Positions 40,501 to 52,500 of a stretch of DNA of 64,000 bases are shown here, piece by piece. The notes under the pieces were generated by a model. That model had not been told where the DNA came from, searched no databases, and saw only the letters and a list, made by a program, of their open reading frames with translations. The stretch lies in the NCBI GenBank assembly GCA_012026655.1, contig JAAILG010000172.1, forward strand, positions 1-64,000, given 5' to 3'. How positions within the stretch are numbered: the stretch's first letter is position 1; every line of letters begins with the position of its first letter. The translations under genes were made by a program, and so were the position numbers. The stretch comes from Hydrolagus affinis. Lineage: Eukaryota.

Positions 40501-43500
40501 AATTTAACCTTCCAGACTTTATAGCAATTTGGAGTAAGATGATTAACTAGATTCATTTTCCTTTTTTACTATTCCTAATACTGTACATAAATTCTGAGGC
40601 CAAATTGTGCACACCTAATACTTTCACTCACCTCTGAGACAGAAAATTGTGGCTTCCACTCTCATATTGAACTCTGAACTCATAAGAGCCTAGGATGACA
40701 CTCCAACATAGTGCTGAGGTTTGTTATGTTGGAGTTCCATCCTTGGATAAAACATTAAATTGAGACTCCCTATTCAAGCTGATGTTAGAGATCCTAAAGT
40801 ACTAATTGAAAAGAGAAGGGGGTTTTGTCCTGTATCCTGGTCAACAATTCGCCCAGATAAAAATTGGTCATTCACTTTATAACTGTATGTGTGACATTGC
40901 TGTGCACAATTTGGGTACCATGTTTACATTCAGATAGACAGTCACTACACTTGCAGTATATCTCCTAAAGTGCTTTGAGGTGTCCTCTTATCGTGAATGT
41001 CACTATATGTAAGTATAGTGTGAGGATTGTGAATGTAAGTATTATTATTGCAAAGATCTAACTTAATTTTTAAAATATGTTTTAACAGTGAGTACTCATC
41101 ACATCTTGCAGGGAAATTGTTGAGGGACAGTGGAGCAGAACAATGACTTTCTCACATTAACACCATAGAAACTGTCATTAGCCCCATAGAGATTGCTATT
41201 AACCCAAGGTGCTTCAAATTTTCATTTTAACTACCAGTTGACAGAAGGCATATGCGAGCGTGGGCGATACTGTTTTTTTCTGTAGTGACACCATTTTCCT
41301 TCATGTCTTCCTTTGCTAAACTGCAGGGTAAACTGGCTGGCGCTAGGCAGAGTGAGACTTGGGAGTCAGTCCCCGCCAATCTCCTGCTGTTGATACAATG
41401 TATGGAGAAGTTATTACTTGCACCTAAGATGAATGTGTCAGTTGTTCAAAAAGTTCGTAACCTCTTCAGGTTTTAAACCAATTTCATCTCTTCTCCATTC
41501 TGGAGAAGTAGTGGCATCTATTTTTAATGCATAATCTGAAATAATTTCCTCCCTAAAATTTCAAGTGCACTTGAAATATATTTAAATTGCATCAAGACTT
41601 GGCAGAGTGGAACTGTTTTATGCTGCCAAATGAAATGGGTAAAGCATAGCTTTGAAGCACTGAGAGGCATAGACTGTCAGTATGGGTGCTGATGCACTGG
41701 AAAGAACAGAGTTTACCCCCTGGGGTTATTTGCAGTCATTATCCAACATGAGTATGGAATAATGATGTATTCCATATCAGCCTGCCTCTTCAGCATGATT
41801 CTAAATATCAGATTTACGCTGAGTATTGTGCCAGTAATAATCCAATTACTGTACTTCGTTCAAAATTTAAATTTTTCCTCATTTCCATGAATTATGACTA
41901 TCCAATTAGGGCTTTAGAATGGGATACCCAAATATTCAGTAACAAATAAGGGACTCATGTTTTAGATTTTAATGTGTTTGATTGATTTAATCATACAGTC
42001 AACTACAGAAAGCTAAAAATATACGAGTGCTTAAACATTTGTTAATGTGGCGGCTCCTGAGGCTATAATATTGCTGTTGATCTATTAAGTTGAATTAATT
42101 ATATCTTTATAAATGCATTTTGCAAACTTATTGCAACCTCTAACTTGAATTGTTCCGTTGAGAGAAGTCCCAGTTCCTTTTAACATTGATATTCAGAATT
42201 TTCCCAATTTAGGTTTGTCCTCAATTTATATACGTACGTTCAGGATAAGACGTAGTCTTGAACTATAACTGTCCCTCCCTCTTTGCTTTTGATGTTTTAT
42301 TGAATTCATTGCACTGGTCCAGGATGCATCCATTTATCCTGGAGAATGAACACCTTTATTCTTTCAGTTTTAACTGTTCCCAGGTTAAGTATTGCATGGG
42401 CAATACATTATAATTTGTATTTATATAAACCTTAATATGGAGTCCTGTAGCTCGGTGGTTAGAGCACTCACTTTACAAACGTAAGACCTGTGTTCGAATC
42501 CAGGCAGGACGAAACCATGAGAAAGTTTCCTTACTCCACACACCTAATGATAATCCATCAAAAAAACCTATAATAAATTGGTAATTTCAATCCACGACTG
42601 TTTGTGGGACACTGGTGTGCACAATTGGCTGCTGCGTTTCGCCCACAGATGTAGTCAATTCACTTTACAGGATATTCTGTGAAGTGTTTTGAGATGTCTA
42701 GAAGACATGAAAAGTGCTATATCAAATGCAAGGATTATTATTATTGTATGAAATATAAGACCAAAGACCTTCATAGCATCTACTACAAAGTATTACAACT
42801 GTGTAATTTACAAGTGAAAGTACCTTGGTATGTCTCCTGACACTATACACATGTAAGTTGTTATTGAAAGCAGCATGCAATTTGTGCACAACAATGTTCT
42901 GAAAATAACCATGGCATGAATGACCAATTCTATTTGTGAGATTGTTGTCCGAAACACTGGAAGAAACTACCCGCTCTTTTTGAATAATGGCATATGTGAA
43001 TCAGCAAATGGGATCTTGCTTTAACTTCTTACCTGAAAGGCAGCACATCCAACAGCACCATATTAGTGTCACATTGGATTGTGAGTTTAAAATCCTGACA
43101 TGGGATGTACACCTACAATGTTAGTGTAGATGACTCCACACGCCTAATAACAATCCCTCCCAAAAAAACACAAGAATAAAATTGGTCATTTAAATCCACG
43201 ACTGTATGTGGGACATTACTATGCGCAATTGGATGCTGCATTTCACCCGCACATATACAGTGAATTCACTTTGAAGCGCTTTGAGACGTCTAGAAGACAT
43301 GAAAAGCGCTATATCAAAATGCAAAGATTATTATTATTCTCAAAAGAACTTTAATTTTTCCTCCAAAATGCACTATATACTTGCAAAATAATCATTAAAC
43401 AAATCATGAAAGGCTTTATGAAGAGAAACAATGCATTTTTTAATCCCTCACGGCCATGCTGTTCGGAAACACATCTGCTCATCATGTTAGCACTAGGGTC

Positions 43501-46500
43501 CAGCGATATATCGATATATTGCTAAAACCCGATATAATTTTCATATCGATACGCTGATATAGGCATTTCAAAAATATCGATATATCGAAAAAGTCGATAT
43601 ATCGAGGGAAAAAATCAGAATGCGCGCACACTGAACTACAAGACCCAGAATGCTCATCTCTATACACAATGCACAGACCGAGGTGCAAAGCCGCCATATT
43701 GTATTTATAGTACTCGAATACAATATACAGGTATGCAAGGAGTGGGGGGGGAGAGAGACGGCGGGGTGGTGGGGGGGGGGGAGGAGAGAGGGACGGCGGC
43801 GGGAGGGGGGGAGGAGAGAGGGACGGCGGCGGGGCGGAGGTGGGGGGGGGAGAGACGGGGTGGATGTGATAATATACAGATAGATAGAGATGGGGGGGGA
43901 TGTGAGAAAGGAGAGAGACACAGAGACACAGACAGAAAAACACAGAGATGGAGAGAGTGAGTGTGAGAGACACAGAGAGAGAAAGATATTTACCTCCTGA
44001 GGAGATAGGCCCTGAATGCGCGCGCACCCCGAATGCGCACACCGCGTGCGCATGCGCAGTACGAAAATCCTGAAAATATCGATATTTCGGTATATCTCGA
44101 TATGAGCCCATCGATATATCTAAATCGGAAACTTTCCATATCAACGGACCCTACTTAGCACAATTTAAAATTTGAATTCGTCTTGGTGCAAATAGAGATT
44201 TATTCTTTTATAATGCTTAGCATTTTTTCCACAGCCATTTTGCAAATTAAATGTGTACAGAAAAATGCCAGCTTTGACAGAAATGGACAAGGTTTATCCT
44301 GCCTCTAAAGGGACTATTTCCATGATTGATCAAGATGCACATTATAGTACTAAAGTTATTTTCATTTTTGATGTCTGACAGAAATATAAAGCTTATATCA
44401 ACTTTGGGGAAATAAAACAGTGGGGGACTGTGCATCAGGCATGACCCATCAGTAATGCTCTGTTCAGCACTGCTCACAGCAGCACATCTACAACACCATA
44501 TTGGATGTCACATTATCTCTTAGAACATTGGACTGTGATCATCCAGAAAGAACTATGCCCTGCACATTTCAATAGACGATTCATACTTTTTTGCTCCCGA
44601 TGCGTCAATATTTGTGAAAGCCATGGGAGCTGAGCGAATTGCCATCGATTTTTTTTCCCCCTGTAAAGGTCTTCCAGTGCAGTCTGAGGTTTTTAACACT
44701 GATATAGTATTTGTCTTTATTCGTCTTTAACTGGGAGAAATTAGATTCTTGTTGTAGTAAAAAAAAATTAAAAAGTTCTTTTCATTTCTTTACTATTTGT
44801 AGCATTGCAGGGTTCTCCAATTCCGAGTCCTACTTTTTTTTAAAAAAAAATCCCAAACAAGAAACAAAGACTGACTGTCTGACACTATGAATTTGTGACT
44901 GAATGTTGACATCTTTTGCAACATGTATGAAGCTTGCAGTGACTGTTTATTTTGTTGGTGAATGCAGCAACCAATTAATGCACAATAGTATCTGTACAGC
45001 CATGAAATGAATGATTAAATGTTTTTCGGGGGATTGCCTGCCAAGACACTCCCTTCTCTTATCAAATAGTTCCACAGGATCTTTAACATCCATCTAAATT
45101 GGTTTAATGTATCATCCAAAGGATGGCATCTCACAATACAACACTCCTCCAGTGCTGTGTTCAAGTGTCAACCTTGTCTGTTCAAAAACAATGTAGGGCT
45201 TGAACCCACAACCATCTGACTTGGAGTCTTGAGAGCTTCCAACCGAGACTTGTGATCAGAAATGCATACAATCACTGAATCTGCTGTTACAATGGCAAGG
45301 GAAACATTCCTACAAGATCAGAAAGTTATTTTGCAAAACACACCCTTTGACCATTATATTGGTTTTGCTAGTTTCAGATGTTATGGTAGTTATTTTTGGT
45401 TTCCACCATTTAATTATGGTAAATTCTGGTTACATTAAAAAAAAGTCAAATACTGTGTATATTCTTCACATCAACATGGCAGTTAATAAAAATGGAACTC
45501 CAAAATCCTGTAACTTGTTTTGCATTCTGCATCACATGTATTGTCTGTCCTTTAGTAAAAGGATAATTACAAGCACAATGATTTTTGTGGCCAATAACCA
45601 GTTCATTTTTAATGAAGTCATCCAATCTTATACAATTCCACATTTCTCTCAGTACAGAAGAAATAAATCTGGCACTGGAATGAAAAAGTACACATTTGTC
45701 TCAAATGCAGTATCTAAAAGCAAAGCCAAAATATCTGTTACCTCTGTCTCACAATTTATTTGGCTACCTCAAAGTTGCTATGTTTTGCGGAGCAGAGCCA
45801 GCACCCACAAAAGCAACATTTCTTCCAATAAGAGTTCTGGGACATCCTCAGTTTTTACACTGCACAAATCAAATGCACTACCAAATATGCTAGAGACTGA
45901 GCACAAAAACCACAGTGTGATGTGATGCTACGATTGCTGAAGTGAATTTTAGCTGGAATTGTGAATTGGTCTAGTCACCCGATTGAGGCATTATGTGGGT
46001 GAAATCTTTCTGCTTCTCACATAGGATCATGTCATCTGCGGACAAAGTGCATAACACTTTCTTTCGAATGAAATCCATTCACAGATCAGAATTAAAGTTA
46101 AATGCAGTAATCGATACAGGTGTTTAAGAATACAAATCTAGATTTATTGATAGGTTCCTTGTTCTTTTGCAAGGAATTAATAAGATTAATACCCTCAGTT
46201 AAATGATGCAAAATTGGATGTAATTGTTGCAGCAAACTTAAAGAGAGAGACATACTTCACTGGTCTATACAATCATTTACCTCAATGTCTTTTTAGGCAG
46301 TTTCAGGTTTTTTTTCTCAATCTCAATGTTCCATATCCAGTTGAAATGGATAAACATCCCTGTGGGAAAGCATATGGATATAGATATTAGGTGAGAACAG
46401 GATCCCACTCAGCTTTGTGACATTCTGTTTTCTGTTTAAATAGCTTGAAGAATGACTTATTGGGGTGATTTATCAAATTGCTGTTGGTGGTTGTATAACC

Positions 46501-49500
46501 ATATCCAGGCATGAAATAGTACCTTTAGGAGAGAGGGGATAAAAAAATGATTCAATACTAAGCTTGTATAAGATTTAAACCTAACCTTTTCATTTCAGTG
46601 AAGCACATGATTTTTTTACAACTAGAATTGTTCTTTCATGGTAGAAGTTACAGAGCATCTGCAATTAAATGGATTTGAAAATGTAAGCCCAGAATAATAC
46701 TTCAGAATGCATCAAGGTTTAGAGTTGCAAAGGGCAATTCAGGATATATACCAGGAAGTCATTCTTTACCCAGAGGGTAATTAACAACTTTTAACAAGTT
46801 GCTTGGAGGCATGCTTGTGGCCAGGGCACTGCAAAAAAGCAACTAGATGCTGTGTTGTGTGTGGTAAGAAGGGTGTGACTGACTTTCATTAACATTAGCT
46901 GATGTCTTGAATTGTAGAGCAACGATCTGACGTGATTTAGAAATACAAATAAAGCATTGTCAGAGGGGCGGGCTATATACTTACCCACATGACAATTGTA
47001 AAAAAACAACTTCAGAGCAATAATCCTTTCCCTACAACAGTGTAACATTCCCTTTTTGGAATTTGTGTCATCCAGGTTAACTAGCATTTATTTGTTTATT
47101 ACTGTATAATCTTCTAATTTCAAGTTTTGTTTTAAAAAATTGAAATACAGTAAAAGCCCATTTATCCGGCACCCGCGGGACCTGACCAATGCTGGTTAAA
47201 GCGCCTGCCAGATATTCGGCAGGCGCACCACAAAAAAATTAAAGTTCTTTTAACACACACTAGACTAAATAATAACATAATAACAGAATATTGTATTACT
47301 TATTGTTAAAACTACTCTCTTGCGCTTCTCACCTTTACTGATTGAGGTTTACAGTCCAGCGATTCTTTTTTAAATGGAGGACGCCAAGCGGGTGAAAAAA
47401 ACGGCAGCGCAATTTTAAAGTCACGCAAATTTACTAGCAGCAAGCTGATAGCCCTGGACTCTACTAGCGGCAAACCAAAATACTGCACCTGCGCGACAAT
47501 GTGAGTTATCGGCTAGCGTTATCGGCTTGCCGCTAGTATGGCTTTAAAGTTGCGCTCCGTTTTTTTCACCCGTTTGTCGTGCTCCATTTTAAAAAGAATC
47601 GCTGGACTATAAACCTCAACCGCAGCATCATGGCTTCAAGCACAGCATCTACCAGCAAAGGTTAGAAGCTCAAGAGAGTAGTTTTAACAATAAGTACCAA
47701 TACAATATTATGTTATTATTTATGCATTTACAAACGCTTCACTGTTATTATTCCGGATAAATTCCTGTTTATCGAATGGGAACTTTTTTTTTGGCGTGCC
47801 GATCATACGGAAGTGCCGTTTCATCGAGTCACGGATAAACGGGCTTCTACTGTACTTCATGTTTCTCTGAAATCTTCTTTGACAACTAAAATCATGTAAA
47901 AAGGCATTGACTTAGTGTCTGTTGATAGTTAACCAAAAGCAAAGTTCTACTTTTTTAACAATATGCAGCACATGACAAAACTATATGTTGAAATTGTGCA
48001 TGTTGGAAGGTCGTATGAGGCAATAATGTGCAGCCTTTGTTTTCTTTCACAACAGAAATATAAACACAACATTTATAATTGTTGCCATGTTTATGCTGCT
48101 CGCCATTGCTTCCAGCAGTAGAGTGATCCAGAGAAGAAGACAGGATTTCTGTTTCCTGATCCCAAATTACTTTTCAGCAGCAGTTAACTTTCACTATCAC
48201 GTGACCAGCTCTTGAAAAACATGAAAAGTGTCAAGAGTATCTCAGTGGTCCACGGAATGACTTTTAAACAATTTTGTTTTAATTTTAAGAGTTCTTAATA
48301 TTGTAGCCCATTCATCAATTTCTATAATGGGGACCATATCAGTGCTTGGAAGGAAATTGGTATTTCAAACTTGTGCTTCATAAACAAAATAATATTGAAT
48401 TGACATTAACTGTGCAGTTTAAATAACATAAGGTTTTATTGCAAATGGACCCTGTTTTAAAAGGTGCATTCTGTGGATCTTTGGTTGGTTTGGGCTCAGT
48501 ACTCAAAAAGTGACATCAGCTACCTGATGACCCAGGATTAGGCCAAATTTTAGCATGGGAAGCCGCCAGCTTCCTGCAAGCATCTGTCGTTTTCTGACAG
48601 GCAGGCACTCATCATTCCCTGTTATAAAACGGATTGAAATTTTATGGGCCCCTTTCTACTTTCTTGTAAGGGTACTGTATTGTGTGTTTTGGATTTTGGT
48701 GTGTGTTGTTGATTCATAAGAAAGCATTGTGTGTTACTCAACTATGCATAAACTCAGATCAATGTACTATATCAAATAGTAAAAGCAAAACAAATTGGTT
48801 CCCTGTTCTTTGCACAAAATCATTAATTTGTGGGTATGGGCAACAACTAAAGATTCCAGCCCTTTTGTGCTTTTGTATTTGTGTGCCATTGCTGTCTATA
48901 ATTGCTTGAAATAGCTGGTATGGTATTTCTTAACTATAGAATATTTCCCATAACAGATGGCCAGCCTTAGGCTAAATAAGGGATTATAGAAGACATATTG
49001 GAAGAACAGTGAATTTTAGTTTCTTAATTCTCAACTCCTGTTAATTTATGTTGAGCATAGGTGAATGAAAAGTTCATTTTAAACGTTTTAGCAGTCTGAC
49101 TGAATACGTATTTCATCCATTGAAGTTCTCATCAAATTAATGAGAATATTGTGCTTCTGTCTCAGGATAGAAGTGGGACATTGGGCATGCAACAACATGC
49201 ACAGTATTGTCTTAATCCTTGTGCAATCTAGTTATTACGGAAATGCTTGGAATTCTTATATGATAGCCTAAAGATAAGCTTTACATATGCTACATTCGGT
49301 CATTAAAGGCACTAAGTTCAAGCAAATATTCATTAATGATGCTTTTTGTTTCCTGATTTATTTAATAATATATTGACCTTATTATTTTTGCAAGAACTAT
49401 TAGATTTACTATTTTGCCCAGTTGCCTCAATTAGAACAAAAATAAGTGAATACCAAGTTTTAAAAGTGTCCTTGACATATGCAATATTCAACCTGGCTTA

Positions 49501-52500
49501 ACAAACTAAAAAAATTCACAACTTTAGGTAGGTAATTCAATAGTTGTAGAAAAGAACAACTGATTGATGCTTGTTAAATTATTTGTTTAATTGTACTCAA
49601 ATGAGATTTGAAGGTTTTGGGGGAGGGTATCTAGTATATGTGCTATGGTCATGGAGGAGAAACACTGGGCCACATCCTGTTAATTCACTGGTGTAAGCAC
49701 AAAACCAAGGTAACAATTTCCTATCCCACAAAGGAAGTTCTATTACATTGGGCATCTGAGCAATTGGTTACAGACATACTATTTGACATGAACACAGATT
49801 GTCTTTACACTGTCTTTATATGGCGATTGGATGTTTCTTCTGGATGCTTGGAAAAAGGGGAAAGAGAAAAAATACAAACTTAACTTGATACCCAATATAG
49901 TAGAGAGAGATTGTGTACTTGCTGACTGTTAGCATTTGCTTCAAGTGATGTACCTTCACATCTGAATAATAAGTTGTAAATGAGAGAGACTTGTGTACAA
50001 TGGAACCCCAATTTAAAGCATATCATAGGCATTATGTACCCCCACAAAACCCTCAGCTATGCTTTTTATTATTGCTAATGGGTCTGAAAATTGATCTGTG
50101 GTCACTAATTGGGAAAGCAAACTAAAATGATGCTCTGTTTCTTTTAGTGATATCAACTAGAATGTCCCCAACAGAATTCCCTCTATATACCTTAAAATAA
50201 CTGCAAACAGCAGGAAACTGAGTTTATTTGCATTTATTTCTGCATATATTTGACAAGTTCTGCCGGTGCATATATTTTATCCAGGGGTTTTGAAAGATTT
50301 ATGACTGCAGTGTCAGCAATTAATACAATATTTTGAGACTGGCAATCAGAGCTCCCTATAATTACCTTCATTATGACTTCTGCTTACCAGGGGAAGGCAC
50401 TACACTTAAAAAAAAGTGTGCTGTTGCCATGTTATGAAAGCCATATGCATATTAACCCCTTCTTGCTTACTGCTGCAGGGTTTCTAGAAGGTACTTTTTC
50501 ATTTGTTCTGCTGTTACAAAAATAGTCATTAAAACAATTCCGTCTGAAACGAAATGGCTTATTAACACATGCAACCAGTCAGTTGTACTTACAACAAAAT
50601 ATATAATGAAGTACATTAAAGCTTGTTTTATCCAGCAGGATCAAAGAGCACTCATTACTGATAATAGCCTTTGTATTCAAACAAGTAGTTCAAACATTAA
50701 CTGTGGCTAATCATTAATACACTTTCTTTTGCTCATTTAGTGCATTTTGACAACAAAGACATTTTTTATACAGTGCAAGTATGGTATTGGATGCTGTTAG
50801 AAGATTAGAGATGTTTCTGTGGAACTTCTGAGAATAATTATAAGAAACCTGTCATAAGGCTCTGAAATTAATGTTTGAACTGCTAGAATTTACTCATTTT
50901 ATGTAGAGATAAGTACAGAGAATGGTGATTTATGAAAATGACTGTCAAACTAAATAACAGTATGAATAATCATCTAGCAGGGAGAGTGAATTAGTTTGCG
51001 TTTATTTTAAACTCCAGCTTCCTTTCATTGTCTCCTATTCCACCTATTACACTGAAGATGGTGATTCACACCGTAGTGTGGATCAGTGGGTTTTAAAGAT
51101 TCCCATCTGGCAGTTTTTAATGTCTGAGATTTGAGTGAGTTTCAGCAAGCAATTTGACCGAGGCGAGGGAAGGAAAGCATCACAACAAAGATCCTTTTCT
51201 CATCCAACTTTCACACATTTCCTTGATTAAAAAATCATGATTGTCAACCTTTCTTACTCCTCTCCATTCAGAGAACATTGATGCTATTGCTATTCTGTTT
51301 GAGATCAACAAACTCAGTCCCTGGAAACTTCGGCATGGTTCAACTCCCCACCAGGCAATCAGTTTCCATACTGAGCCATTGGGGAAGGGGATGGAGAAAG
51401 AGACTGAGTAGCTTATTCTGTGGTTTATCACCACTTGGTTTGCTTCAGACCCAAACAGCTTGGTGTTTGTATCGCATCACTTAAATGGGTGGATGCCTGT
51501 AATTTCCTTCACACTTGGTTTCTATTCTCGGGTGTGATTTGGAAGTTGTGCTTAGCCACTTCTCCTCAAGGAGTGAAGAAGATTAGAAAGACATTTATCC
51601 CCATTTCTGTTTTTTACTTTTTCTTTTATACCTTCCCCTCCCCTGGCGTACATTGTGGCCAAATGTAGAGCAGCATTGGTTGGTTTGTTCTTTAGAGAGC
51701 TGAAAACTTTTTCTGCCAGAACCAGAGATGGAAATGTTTTTTTTAATTGTACACTCTGTTCTGTTTATAACACACTTTCATCTTAGACTAATTCCCATGA
51801 GAAAGAGCCTTAAAAGTAAAGGAAGACAAAACTCATGCCACAATGAAGACCTTTGTAATTATCTATCTTTTATACTCAACAATGCTGATTAATACCGGGA
51901 AATTGCAAGGGGGCATGGCATGGACAATTGGCAGTAAATAGTTATTAGAATTTCTGAAGATCATTTAGCCTGCAATTGTATAAGGTGTCCAACACTGTTT
52001 TTGTATGCTTCATTTGTTTAAGCTGGTATACAATTTGTTTGTTTAAGCTGGTTTAAGATGGTATTGATTAATACATTTACTTGGGATAATTGGGCTAAAA
52101 ATTGGGCTTCATACCAATGCTGCTTCTTGACAGATTATTAATAATAATAATCCTTACATTTGATGCAACGCTTTTCACATCTTCAAGATGTCTCAAAGCT
52201 CTTTACAGAATATACTGTAAAGTGAATTAACTGTATATTTGTGAGCGAAACACAGCAGCCAATTGAGCACAGCAATTTCCCACAAACAGTCGTGGATTGA
52301 GTGACAAAATTATTATTGCTTTTTTTAATGGGTTATTATTAGGCATATGGAGTACGGAAACTTGCCCAAGGTTTTGCCCTGCCCGGAATCAAACCCAGGT
52401 CTCTTGTTTGCAAGGCGAGTGCTCTAACCACTGAGCTACAGGACTCCACGGTTCAATGTGAGATTCTCACATTGGACCGTGGAGTCAATGTTCACTCAAA

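Noticed and set aside
42439-42510. tRNA gene
   Set aside because: The A and B boxes are the head of a multi-copy SINE; there is no proper acceptor stem and it continues into the SINE body.
43482-44144. 220-aa and overlapping ORFs
   Set aside because: Low-complexity interior of a non-autonomous hAT element; no transposase motifs.
45347-45925. 192-aa ORF
   Set aside because: No ATG start, no recognisable domain and composition typical of AT-rich intron.
51278-51484. Possible extra DENND1B coding exon
   Set aside because: No similarity to DENND1 proteins that I recall and no clear donor; the gene model closes without it.
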